A stretch of DNA of 24,347 bases from a virus (taxonomy: Duplodnaviria > Caudoviricetes). The translations under genes and the position numbers were made by a program. The notes under the pieces are model-generated. The model was not told the origin of the DNA and did not search any database. It saw only the letters and a program-made list of their open reading frames with translations. Location of the stretch: positions 1 through 24,347 of IMG/VR virus record IMGVR_UViG_3300020391_000175; one strand, given 5' to 3'. Positions 1 through 8,639 of the stretch are shown in pieces (position 1 is the stretch's first letter; each line of letters opens with the position of its first letter).

Positions 1-517
1 TCCTGTTTGTTTTTTGCCCAACACAATACAAAGCTCTACTACGGCGTGAGGGCTGGTGGCCTGTGATGTACCATTTAGAATATTGTAATATTTCTTTGTC
101 TTCTATACTGATAAAAATTTCTCTTTGAATTTGATCCGATGGGGTAGATTTAATTGTAATATCAGTTTCAGTCTCGATAAAGTCGTTCGCCTCTGTGAAG
201 TCAAAATCTCCATTGCGACCCATCAAGGCGTTAGATATAGTCTCCCTCGCACATGAATGACAACCAGAGCCTTCAAGATGTTTTCTAGTTCTTTGTAAAA
301 ATTCTCCGTGTTTTGGACATATTATTGTGACGTATGCTTCTGAGTAGTATTCTGACAATTTTCTTGCCCGCTCGCCGTTCCGAGATTTTGCATATCCCCT
401 ATCTTGAAACTCAACGAGTGAATAATCATAAAAATTATTATGCTTCTTGTTAGCGCGCTGAATAAACTGCTCTCTCGTTTTAATGTGTTTAAATTTCTTT
501 ACATTACCACTCACCAT
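1..517 (-). CDS. Putative HNH-type homing endonuclease with N-terminal DUF723-like zinc-binding domain (partial, runs off window start)
   Basis: Not in the ORF track. Manual translation from ATG 517 (overlapping the upstream stop) is open to position 1: MVSGNVKKFKHIKTREQFIQRANKKHNNFYDYSLVEF...VTIICPKHGEFLQRTRKHLEGSGCHSC...IFISIEDKEILQYSKWY. The YDYS / CPxHGxF / HLxGxGCxxC pattern is typical of phage endonuclease-associated domains. The catalytic HNH part is not visible. Confidence 0.6.
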   Translation of the reverse strand, partial: MVSGNVKKFKHIKTREQFIQRANKKHNNFYDYSLVEFQDRGYAKSRNGERARKLSEYYSEAYVTIICPKHGEFLQRTRKHLEGSGCHSCARETISNALMGRNGDFDFTEANDFIETETDITIKSTPSDQIQREIFISIEDKEILQYSKWYITGHQPSRRSRALYCVGQKTNR

Positions 518-1569
518 TTTCTCCCCAATATATGCGTTCTACTCTCACCCATTCCGGCCGGCGTCTGCTTGATAAGTTTTGCTACTGACTGAAACTCTGT
601 TAGTGTTCTAGCACCACTGTACGAGAAGCCGGAACGAATACCACGTTCTAAGTCTTGAAGAATCTTGACAACTGATCCTCTATATGGAACCCTTGCAGAA
701 ACACCTTCAAATGAAGAATAATTGCCTCGCCAGCTAACTTGTGCTTCTTTAGAGGCCATACCTCGATAAGTTTTCCATCTAGAGCCGTTCAAGTCTTCCT
801 GAATCTTACCGGGACTTTCATCTGTTCCTGCCAGAAGAGAGCCGCACATAACCGCGTCAGCACCACAGGCAAAAGCTTTTACAATATCACCAGAGTTTCT
901 AATTCCACCATCAGCGATAATTGTAACATTTCGGTCGGTTTGCGAGCAATCTAAGATTGTCTGTAGACCCGGGACACCATGGCCCGTCTGTACTCTAGTT
1001 GAACAAATAGAGCCGCCACCAATGTTGCAACGAATAGAGTCTGCACCCCAGTCTGCTAGATCGTTAATTCCATCTAGTGTCGCAACATTACCAGCCATGA
1101 TATGAACATTACTACCAACTGCTTGTCGAATTTTTGTAATAGCCTCCTTCATTAGAATGTGGTGGCCGTGAGCTACATCTACACACAGGAATGTTGCACC
1201 CGCATCAATTAATCCTGTTGCTCTTTCAACAAAATCTCCTGAGATTCCAACTGCGGCGCCGATGTCGATAGACATGTTATACTTTGTCTTTGCAATCTCA
1301 CAGGCCATAGATACCATACGACACTGATTTTCAGCGCTGTTGTATCTGTGTACGATAGCAGCACCACCAAGACGCCCAAGAGACACAGCCATAGCCGTCT
1401 CGGAAATAGTATCCATAGGTGATGCTAACACTGGCAAGTTTAGCACCAAACCATTTCCTAGATCAGTCACTGTACTAACTTCGGTTCTACTGCGAATATC
1501 AGAATATTGCGGTACCAAGAGAACATCATCATATGATAGCATCTCTCTTGAATTTGTAATTGGCATCAT
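511..1569 (-). CDS. IMP dehydrogenase / GMP reductase family enzyme without CBS domains, probably GMP reductase (GuaC-like) rather than GuaB
   Basis: YDDVLLVP, SPMDT, DVAHGH, AGNV, catalytic loop IGGGSICSTR, IADGG, YRGMAS, EGV. Start moved from 1614 to ATG 1569 (GGAG 5 nt upstream, ATGA overlap with thioredoxin stop). Family call is firm; reaction direction is inferred. Confidence 0.85.
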   Translation of the reverse strand: MMPITNSREMLSYDDVLLVPQYSDIRSRTEVSTVTDLGNGLVLNLPVLASPMDTISETAMAVSLGRLGGAAIVHRYNSAENQCRMVSMACEIAKTKYNMSIDIGAAVGISGDFVERATGLIDAGATFLCVDVAHGHHILMKEAITKIRQAVGSNVHIMAGNVATLDGINDLADWGADSIRCNIGGGSICSTRVQTGHGVPGLQTILDCSQTDRNVTIIADGGIRNSGDIVKAFACGADAVMCGSLLAGTDESPGKIQEDLNGSRWKTYRGMASKEAQVSWRGNYSSFEGVSARVPYRGSVVKILQDLERGIRSGFSYSGARTLTEFQSVAKLIKQTPAGMGESRTHILGRKW

Positions 1570-1937
1570 TTCATCTCCGTTATAAATTGCTTTATGTCCT
1601 TTGAACGATACCAAGTTTGCTCATTGGGCATATCTGGATCTTTCAAGATCCGAATTTTTGGGCTTGCGTCTTGCATATATGTCTTAACTAAAGATATTGT
1701 CGGTACACCGTTAAACTTCATTTGTTTTTCAATCTCTGGATAGTTGTCAACGTTAAATGCAAAGAAATGAATATCAGAGAATTGTTCATTATTAGAAATA
1801 TCCTCATAATAGTCTTTTAGGTTGTGACACAAATGACAACCATTTGAGTAAAACTTAATTACACAAGTTGCGTCTTCTTTCACTTCACCACCCAGTATCT
1901 TTTTAAGACCCTCGGTCGATAGTCTCGTCACACTCAC
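1566..1937 (-). CDS. Thioredoxin-family protein
   Basis: IKFYSNGCHLC (CxxC), F..NVD, GVPT cis-Pro motif; GTG start with GGAGG SD. Confidence 0.8.
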   Translation of the reverse strand: MSVTRLSTEGLKKILGGEVKEDATCVIKFYSNGCHLCHNLKDYYEDISNNEQFSDIHFFAFNVDNYPEIEKQMKFNGVPTISLVKTYMQDASPKIRILKDPDMPNEQTWYRSKDIKQFITEMK

Positions 1938-2169
1938 TTAATACCTCCCTTGTTTTTTCAATGCAATCAGGGCAAAACAATCTTACAACCTCTTGCTTTA
2001 CGACTACACTCCAAGATTTTACCATCTCTTTGTCCTTCTTGTCAAACTCTTTCTCACAAGCATTACAAGATTTGGGTAACTGCCCAAAAAGTGCGACTTT
2101 ATTTGCCATCGCATCTGTAGCTTTCTTACCCGCGTGCTTCTTCATCGCTCTTTTTTGCTGGCGATTCAC
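1903..2169 (-). CDS. Small zinc-ribbon protein, function unknown
   Basis: CNAC...CPDC pairs, basic N-terminus; GTGA overlap with the upstream stop. Confidence 0.65.
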   Translation of the reverse strand: MNRQQKRAMKKHAGKKATDAMANKVALFGQLPKSCNACEKEFDKKDKEMVKSWSVVVKQEVVRLFCPDCIEKTREVLSECDETIDRGS

Positions 2170-2528
2170 TTTTTAGTCTTTCCTTTCTTTTGATGTTTTT
2201 GAGATTTTCTATAAGTTGGTGATGCTTTTTCAAGATACTCTTCGGTAATCACTTGTTCTTCGTCATCTTCGGAGCCTTCTTCATCGCTAAGTTCTAACTC
2301 CTGTTCCAACTCTTCTTCAACTGCGGCAGAATCAATAATATCCTGCTTGTAGCCCCTCAAGGTAAGCAAAGCACCCTCATACTGAGCTAGCTGCATGCTA
2401 AACTTAGCAATTTTATCTACATCGCCTTCCTCTTGTTCTCGTCTGTATATATCCTTAATCATACCATAGGTTTCAATCACAAACGATTGAAGTCTAAGTA
2501 TGGATGCATTTAATCCTTCTTCAGTCAT
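2166..2528 (-). CDS. Hypothetical protein (helical N-terminus, acidic tract, basic tail)
   Basis: AGGAGG SD before ATG 2528; fills the gap in the operon; no recognisable motif. Confidence 0.7.
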   Translation of the reverse strand: MTEEGLNASILRLQSFVIETYGMIKDIYRREQEEGDVDKIAKFSMQLAQYEGALLTLRGYKQDIIDSAAVEEELEQELELSDEEGSEDDEEQVITEEYLEKASPTYRKSQKHQKKGKTKK

Positions 2529-2537
2529 AATAACCTC

Positions 2538-3011
2538 CTATCTGTTAATACCTTCGACTCTCCACGGGCCGGCCTTACCGTTGAATACTACAACGGCGGA
2601 TGGAAATGGCGCGGAGTTGTCGCTATCACCGAATTTAAGTCTACCTTTAACAAAGTAGATCTCTGATGCCTTCATTACATAGTTGTGCCAATACTTTGTA
2701 TCAGTACGTGCTGGGATAAGCATCACAACTTTAGTGTCAGGCTCTAATGCCGACTCGTAAGCTTTCTTAATCCACTTGTCAATGCCTCGCCCATATGGTG
2801 GGTTTACAAAAACATTGTTACCAGTCCAATCTTTATCAAGACCATTGTCTTCTTCAGTGAAATACTTATCACATTTAGCGTTGCTGTGAGTGGCACAGGG
2901 GTCAAGGTCAAAAGGACCAAACCTCCAATCCAATTTTAAAAAGAAATCGTGTGGTGTTGCCCAGTTGCCTGTTTTTGAGCTAAACATAACGACTTGTGTG
3001 TTCTTATCCAT
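2538..3011 (-). CDS. Phage DNA N6-adenine methyltransferase (phage Dam family)
   Basis: W.TP..FF, FDLDPCA, VFVNPPYG, MLIPARTDTKYWH, GRLKF, APFPS: the typical motif set of short phage Dam-family MTases. Confidence 0.9.
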   Translation of the reverse strand: MDKNTQVVMFSSKTGNWATPHDFFLKLDWRFGPFDLDPCATHSNAKCDKYFTEEDNGLDKDWTGNNVFVNPPYGRGIDKWIKKAYESALEPDTKVVMLIPARTDTKYWHNYVMKASEIYFVKGRLKFGDSDNSAPFPSAVVVFNGKAGPWRVEGINR

Positions 3012-3924
3012 TTTTTATTCTCTCCTTAGATTTTGTGAAAAACTTCTTATCCATTTCGCAACCGATAAAATTACGATTTGTATTCCTTGCAGCGATTGCA
3101 GTTGTGGCTGAGCCAGCAAAACAATCAAGCACTAAATCGCCTTCGTTCGAGTGTTTTTTTATAAGCGCCTCAAACAATGGCAAACTTTTTTGTGTTGGGT
3201 GGAATCGAAATTTGCCACCTTGCAATGGGTATTCATAGATGCCCTTATCATACTTGCTGTTGAACGTTGGCTTTGATTTCTTGATACCCAACAATGCGAT
3301 CTCTCGACAATTAGTAAGGTAATTTACCTTGCTATTAATTGGTTGCGGGTTTGTCTTAATCCATTCGATAAGTCTGATCTGTTTAAACATTGTGGGGTTG
3401 CCATTATTGTTCTTGCACTCAAGCATATCTTTAAGGTATGTTATTTTCCATAAATCAAAAAACACAATACAAGTACCGCCGGGCTTTAATATACGATAAA
3501 AGTGCTTCACAAAAAACTCAAGCTGCTGCATAGTAAACTTAGAGTCCCAATCACCATAGTTTGTCTTGACGGCATACTTCTTGCCGTAAATGCTGCCATA
3601 CTTAAGGTAATCTGCTTTATACTTTTTTAGCTTGCGCTTTGGTTCGCCAGCGATAAGCTGGTCGTTATCATCGTAAAGAGAGCTATCGTTCCTAAGAAAC
3701 TTAACCCACTCGCGAACCGTTTTAAATTTTCTCCATTGTTCAACTGTACGTAAATTTTTGGCATCTTTCTTGTCTTGCTCAGCAACATGTTTTACCCACT
3801 TGTCCATACCTGAATCACGTGAAGTAATATAAGGCGGGTCTGTCAAGATTAGATCTACAGAGTTATCGGGTATGTTCGACAAAAACTGTAGACCTTCTTG
3901 GTGCTTTAAAACAACGCTGTTCAT
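3004..3924 (-). CDS. DNA N4-cytosine/N6-adenine methyltransferase (beta class)
   Basis: Catalytic DLILTDPPY near the N-terminus, HPTQK, SAM-binding VLDCFAGSATT, FIGCE near the C-terminus; long insertion after DPPY. Confidence 0.9.
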   Translation of the reverse strand: MNSVVLKHQEGLQFLSNIPDNSVDLILTDPPYITSRDSGMDKWVKHVAEQDKKDAKNLRTVEQWRKFKTVREWVKFLRNDSSLYDDNDQLIAGEPKRKLKKYKADYLKYGSIYGKKYAVKTNYGDWDSKFTMQQLEFFVKHFYRILKPGGTCIVFFDLWKITYLKDMLECKNNNGNPTMFKQIRLIEWIKTNPQPINSKVNYLTNCREIALLGIKKSKPTFNSKYDKGIYEYPLQGGKFRFHPTQKSLPLFEALIKKHSNEGDLVLDCFAGSATTAIAARNTNRNFIGCEMDKKFFTKSKERIKNG

Positions 3925-5052
3925 TTAAAACAGTGTGTCCTTCAGGTATTCACCTGCTATCATTTCAACATCTTGCTCTTGTTCGGTTTGTGGGATAAAC
4001 AAAATTCTATCAATGCTCTTGCCTGCTTTAATCTCAGAATTCCACTCTCTGATTTTGTTGATTACAGTCTCTCGTGACTTATTAATAGATGCCCCCTTAC
4101 TATCATTCAAAGAGACAACTGTTACGACATATGTTGCTTCCTTTCTGACATTCCGCTTGTACTGAGGGTTTGCGACACCCGATGTTGCAAATTCTGATTG
4201 TTTAGAAACGAAGTATATTGCTAGTTTTTCGGTCTTACCATCAATCTCAACTTCAAAAACCGTGCCGCTCTCTGTTGTCGCGTTACATTGTTCCTTTGTG
4301 ATTCCATAATCATTGTGGGCACCGAAATATACTGCCTGTTCATTTTTATCCCAAGTTCTCATCTTGCGACTGGTTGCTTTGTTTTGCTTCTTGACTTGAT
4401 TCCACAGCGTCTGAAATTTGTTACTGGGCATGCTGCATTTTTCGTAAAGCTTTTTCACGGCGACGCGCTGTTTCTCCTGATCAACGTCATTATAACTCTT
4501 CTTGTCGGTGTTGTCGGGGATGAAGATATCTGCTTTACCGCGGTCGATCATCCTAAGAATTGAATTTATATTATCGGGGAGAGTTGCCCTCTCGTTTACA
4601 TCGTGAATGTTATTTTCGATAGCTTGGAATATATCGAGATCAGAGATATCGTGCTCGTATAAAGAAGCCCATATATGGCCCTTGTCACAGTTGTAAATTT
4701 TCTCCCCTCTTGAGTCCAAAATTTTACCGCCGCGGAGTCTCGTATTGCCCCAGAACACGTCAAACGTGCCGGCCGACTTGTTGGCTAGTACACAAATGCC
4801 CGTTGTTTGTCCTTTTGGGCTCTTCATTTGCTCTGCTTTCTCAATAACAGAGCTTTCGGAGCAATCTTGAACTCTAGATTGTCCGGATTTGGGTAATCGG
4901 CTCATAAGTTCAAGTGGGATTTGATATTCACTGATATGCATATCTCGAACGGGACAGTATCCCTTACGTTCTTTATAGTTTGGCATATAAAAAATATCTA
5001 TTTCTTGCTCAACGTCTTCTTGATTGTTGAGCAATGTAAGTTCTTCATTCAT
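3925..5052 (-). CDS. Protein with putative ParB/Sulfiredoxin-like N-terminal domain
   Basis: GQTTGICV...FDVFWGNTRLRG...FQAIENN resembles the ParB G..PI.V...G..R..A...EN pattern; remainder unrecognised. The ORF itself is solid (375 aa). Confidence 0.5.
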   Translation of the reverse strand: MNEELTLLNNQEDVEQEIDIFYMPNYKERKGYCPVRDMHISEYQIPLELMSRLPKSGQSRVQDCSESSVIEKAEQMKSPKGQTTGICVLANKSAGTFDVFWGNTRLRGGKILDSRGEKIYNCDKGHIWASLYEHDISDLDIFQAIENNIHDVNERATLPDNINSILRMIDRGKADIFIPDNTDKKSYNDVDQEKQRVAVKKLYEKCSMPSNKFQTLWNQVKKQNKATSRKMRTWDKNEQAVYFGAHNDYGITKEQCNATTESGTVFEVEIDGKTEKLAIYFVSKQSEFATSGVANPQYKRNVRKEATYVVTVVSLNDSKGASINKSRETVINKIREWNSEIKAGKSIDRILFIPQTEQEQDVEMIAGEYLKDTLF

Positions 5053-5053
5053 T

Positions 5054-5548
5054 TTAAATTACCCTTGTTCCATATTGTTGAATTTCAGACCACGTAATAT
5101 TTGCGCTTAGACGTGGATCTTTTTTATCTAAGACAGTATCGTATTTTTGCTCAAGCTTGGGCAGCAAGATGTTGTAAACATCAATGCCGCTCATTTTCCA
5201 AGACTCGACAAGCTTGCCGTCTTTAAACCTATTATAATAGTGTTCGGGGTATTTTGCAAGCTTTTCTTCAAATAAATATCGCTCTTGTTCTTGCCAAGAT
5301 GACTGAACTGAGATGCCAGTATAAGAACCTTTACACTTACTTGAAATAGTAGACTTGTATTCTACTTCCTGCCCCTTTGCATTAACTGCATCGGCACCAG
5401 AAAAAGTTTCTGCTACCCTATGTCCAAGAACGGTAGCAGCATAAATTTCCTTACTGCGTGCGTAACTAAACGGGTCGCCCCATCCTTCCTCTTCGCAGAC
5501 TTGTGCCATTTCCTCATAAAGCATTTGAAAACGTTGCTCAGGACTCAT
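5054..5548 (-). CDS. Putative PD-(D/E)xK restriction-endonuclease-fold nuclease
   Basis: E-helix (SKEIYAA), then GADA...EVEYKS matching D-x(n)-E-x-K. Start moved to ATG 5548 (MSPEQRF; GGGGAG SD), giving 164 aa. Confidence 0.5.
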   Translation of the reverse strand: MSPEQRFQMLYEEMAQVCEEEGWGDPFSYARSKEIYAATVLGHRVAETFSGADAVNAKGQEVEYKSTISSKCKGSYTGISVQSSWQEQERYLFEEKLAKYPEHYYNRFKDGKLVESWKMSGIDVYNILLPKLEQKYDTVLDKKDPRLSANITWSEIQQYGTRVI

Positions 5549-5999
5549 CTGTACTCCCCAAGGCTCCATCACCTCTATCACTAATAGTAATCGGACTACG
5601 ATACAAATCACCCGATGTGCTTTGCACTGCCCGAAAGTTTACAACTGGAATCATCACAACTTGTGCAATTTTATCACCTGACTGTAGAAACTGTGGGCTT
5701 TTTCCGACATTGTGTAAATTGATAAAGACCTCTCCATCGTATCCAGAGTCAATAACACAAGCGCCCACCAATAGGGACCGCTTCGAGGCTACGGAACTTC
5801 GATTCTTGACCTCCAGCATATAGCCGTGTGGAATGCCAAATCGCAGGCCTGTGGGGATAATGCGACTTTCACCGGGATTTACCGAGACTGCTTGTCCTTC
5901 AAGCAGGGGTGAATAAAAAACATCTAACCCAGCGTCTGAGGGATTTGCCCTTTGTGGATCGTGTGCGTCAGGGCGCGTGCGTGCAAACTCAATAATCAC
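5538..5999 (-). CDS. dut: Trimeric dUTPase
   Basis: All five motifs: AGLDV, NRSS, VIDSGYDG, IAQ, RGDGALGST. Start moved to GTG 5999 (GGAGG SD). Confidence 0.95.
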   Translation of the reverse strand: MIIEFARTRPDAHDPQRANPSDAGLDVFYSPLLEGQAVSVNPGESRIIPTGLRFGIPHGYMLEVKNRSSVASKRSLLVGACVIDSGYDGEVFINLHNVGKSPQFLQSGDKIAQVVMIPVVNFRAVQSTSGDLYRSPITISDRGDGALGSTDES

Positions 6000-6240
6000 T
6001 TTGACCTCCACTGAACATGTTAAAGTTTTCAACAACTTCATCAATGTCTACATTATCCTTAAACAGTCGGTATGCCTTGACAGCAGCACGAATTTCATCT
6101 GTGCTAAGCCAATCATTCTCCCTAAATTCAGCACGAAGTTCGCGCTTTTGTTCTTTGTAGGGCTCCATTGCTTCTTCAATAGCAACAAGAGAGCGGATAT
6201 ATTCTTTAACGTATTGCATACGTTTATCTTCGTTTGACAC
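5989..6240 (-). CDS. Small helical protein, possibly GapR/DUF2312- or T4 DsbA-like DNA-binding protein
   Basis: GTG start with AGGAGG SD and its own promoter. YIRSLVAIEEAMEPYKEQKRELRAEF...EIRAAVKAYR resembles the GapR/DsbA helical pattern; function is inference. Confidence 0.45.
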   Translation of the reverse strand: MSNEDKRMQYVKEYIRSLVAIEEAMEPYKEQKRELRAEFRENDWLSTDEIRAAVKAYRLFKDNVDIDEVVENFNMFSGGQSDY

Positions 6241-6263
6241 TTTTACCTCCTAAGTGTACATAA

Positions 6264-6292
6264 ATTATAATCAGTATTGACCAAGAAGTCAA
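6264..6292 (-). promoter_or_regulatory. Sigma70-type promoter
   Basis: TTGACT (6292-6287), 17 nt, TATAAT (6269-6264); -35 overlaps the purA TGA stop; followed by AGGAGG and GTG 6240. Confidence 0.8.
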
Positions 6293-7275
6293 ATAATTTT
6301 TGGGGATGCAGAGAAGAAAATTTCATCGACACATTCTGGAGCATTTTTTGTGACAAATCTTATAAACTCCTCTTCGCCGTTGACAAATCTAATATCAGGA
6401 TTTTTCATACCCCAACTTTTGACTTCACGTAGTACATCAACTTTATTAAAGATCAACTTGTTTACTCCATTCATACGAATAGCTTTAGTAAGTTGTCCAA
6501 AGTCTAGCCAGTTACATTGCCGAACACGACCAGTCGTTGCACCAAATTCTGAACCTGCTTTTTGAATAGTCTCAAATATTTCATCTTCTGGCTGAAATTT
6601 TTTCATTCCAACATACGTTTCGTAAACTTTTGCAACTCCCCAGACATTACGAATTGATCGAGGATCAATCCCATTATTGATAGCTGCACCAACACCACAG
6701 TTGCTACTTGTCACAAATGGATAATCACCCCAGTCAACATCAAGCCAAAAGCCTTGCGCGCCTTCCATTAGAATAACTGATTCTTTGCCACCATATAATT
6801 CTTCTTGCATGTCAACAATGAAAGGGGCCAGTAGTGGGACGTTCTCTGCGCGGACTCCCGACCTGTGGAACTTGTCTCTATACGCAGGACCATTACCAGA
6901 CTTGGTAGTGCCAATCTTGTGGTCTTTAGAGTCTTCGGCTACGTGTTCTTTGGTAATAATGTGAGCATTTTTAGCAATCTTAACATTGTTCTCAATGTCA
7001 ATCCCGTTTTCTGCTAGATAGTTTAGCTCTTTAAGAAACTTGTCGATGTTAACCACACATCCCGGCCCAATGATCGCCGGGATCCCAAAGAATACCGATG
7101 CTGGTATATGGTGGGTGACAAATTTCTTATCGTTGTGAAAGATAGTGTGGCCCGCGTTACACCCACCGTTAAAGCGTATGCAATGTGTGTAGTCGCCATT
7201 TTTAAGTAAATGATGAGTTACCTTTCCTTTACCCTCATCACCGTGCTGTATGCCCAAAACAATATCTGTAATCAA
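6289..7275 (-). CDS. purA: Adenylosuccinate synthetase (short, 328 aa form)
   Basis: QHGDEGKGK (catalytic Asp kept), GGCNAGHT, GTTKSGNGPAY, EGAQG..LD.D.G.YPFVTSS, EFGATTGRVR, NKVD; TTG start with AGGAGG SD. Confidence 0.92.
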   Translation of the reverse strand: MITDIVLGIQHGDEGKGKVTHHLLKNGDYTHCIRFNGGCNAGHTIFHNDKKFVTHHIPASVFFGIPAIIGPGCVVNIDKFLKELNYLAENGIDIENNVKIAKNAHIITKEHVAEDSKDHKIGTTKSGNGPAYRDKFHRSGVRAENVPLLAPFIVDMQEELYGGKESVILMEGAQGFWLDVDWGDYPFVTSSNCGVGAAINNGIDPRSIRNVWGVAKVYETYVGMKKFQPEDEIFETIQKAGSEFGATTGRVRQCNWLDFGQLTKAIRMNGVNKLIFNKVDVLREVKSWGMKNPDIRFVNGEEEFIRFVTKNAPECVDEIFFSASPKII

Positions 7276-7283
7276 GTTGCCTC

Positions 7284-7997
7284 CTAAACGTTTATATTGA
7301 AAAGATGTTTGATAAACTTACGAATCAAATTGTCTTTCTGTTCATCAGTTTCGCATTCAGAGAATGAATAATTATATGTTGTTTTCTTTTTGCTAACTTG
7401 TTCTTTCATCATTTTTAGTTCTTTTTTCATCCAGCGGATTTGCTGTTTATAATTTTTAGGACTTTTAATTTTAAACTTGGAAGCTAGATCAAGCAACACA
7501 AAATATTTTCTTTCATCTAAAGCTTCTTTAGCTTTATTGAACATATCAATCATATCATCACGCTCTTCAGTTGTCAAGGAAGAACTTAATTTATCTGGAT
7601 GTAATTTTAACGCCAACGCTCGAAAGAGCCTAACAAACGATTCGTGCATCTCAAGCTCTTCCTGAGTCATCTCGTAATCAGTTTGTTTTTTACTGTCCGG
7701 TGAATTTGCAAATGTCGAAGGTAAATTTTCGTTATCGTGCTCAGGGTCAATATCAATTACTTTTTGCTCGTCAGTTTCTCCATCATCATCCGTTGAGTAG
7801 AGTTCAGTAATTTTATCGTGGTTCTCTTTGTTTAACTTATCGATATCAATGTTGTTTCTTTTACAGAACTCCTCGTAGTGAGCCTGAAAGTGTTTGTTGT
7901 ATTCATAAATAATAGAATCAACCAATTCCGTCTCTTCATTTAAAAATGTTAACTCGTTTATGAGTCTCTTCCATCTTATGATGTCGATATTTGACAC
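7284..7997 (-). CDS. J-domain (DnaJ-type co-chaperone) protein with internal J domain
   Basis: FRALALKLHPDK...MFNKAKEALD with intact HPD; N-terminal coiled coil and acidic linker. Confidence 0.75.
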   Translation of the reverse strand: MSNIDIIRWKRLINELTFLNEETELVDSIIYEYNKHFQAHYEEFCKRNNIDIDKLNKENHDKITELYSTDDDGETDEQKVIDIDPEHDNENLPSTFANSPDSKKQTDYEMTQEELEMHESFVRLFRALALKLHPDKLSSSLTTEERDDMIDMFNKAKEALDERKYFVLLDLASKFKIKSPKNYKQQIRWMKKELKMMKEQVSKKKTTYNYSFSECETDEQKDNLIRKFIKHLFNINV

Positions 7998-8031
7998 TTG
8001 TTAGCCCTCGTATATAAGTAGCGTTAAGTAA

Positions 8032-8634
8032 TCAATGAAGTCCAAATTCAACCTTGATAGACACACTAAAGTCTGGCACGTAGCTGTGATTAGCTAGGTT
8101 ATGCTTTAGGCATTCATCGTGCTCCAGAAACCAATCAGAGTGCCCTTTTTCGTGTACGATGTCGAGAAAATAATCTGAGTGATGTCCACAGTTTTCTGCC
8201 ATCATATGATATATCTTCGTATTAAGACGATCGGTTTCCTCGGCAGAAGCTTTAATCTCTTCGACTTTGCCCCAGCCCATAGAACTAACATCATGAATCA
8301 TAAGCGTCGAATCGGGATCCATATATCTATGGCCTTCAGTACCAAAACTAAATAGTATGGCTCCGCAAGACATCGCCTTGCCTTGAACTATTGTTGCCAC
8401 TGGAACTTTGGAGTGTTTAATATCAGATATCATTGACATCAAGCTATAAACTTGGCCGCCATAACTATCGATAATAACTGGTATCATATTCTGGCCTGTG
8501 TTTTGGGCTTTCATAATTGCAGTTGAAAAAGCTTTAGCTGTGGCCTCATCAAATTTATTTATCCTAACAATGACAGGTTCATTTTTTAACTCTGGCTCTT
8601 TAAGAAGCGGGCTATAATATTTCATTACATTCAT
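8032..8634 (-). CDS. clpP: ClpP-family serine protease
   Basis: IDSYGGQV, GKAMSCGAIL (catalytic Ser), MIHD (His), SDWF (Asp). Confidence 0.85.
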   Translation of the reverse strand: MNVMKYYSPLLKEPELKNEPVIVRINKFDEATAKAFSTAIMKAQNTGQNMIPVIIDSYGGQVYSLMSMISDIKHSKVPVATIVQGKAMSCGAILFSFGTEGHRYMDPDSTLMIHDVSSMGWGKVEEIKASAEETDRLNTKIYHMMAENCGHHSDYFLDIVHEKGHSDWFLEHDECLKHNLANHSYVPDFSVSIKVEFGLH

Positions 8635-8639
8635 ATATT

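Noticed and set aside
6289-7275. PurZ / 2-aminoadenine (Z-genome) system suggested by a PurA homologue plus a family A polymerase
   Set aside because: The protein keeps GDEGKG (Asp, where PurZ has Ser), the TTGRxR arginine and an NKxD GTP-type motif; no DatZ or MazZ homologue is visible, and the dUTPase has ordinary motifs.
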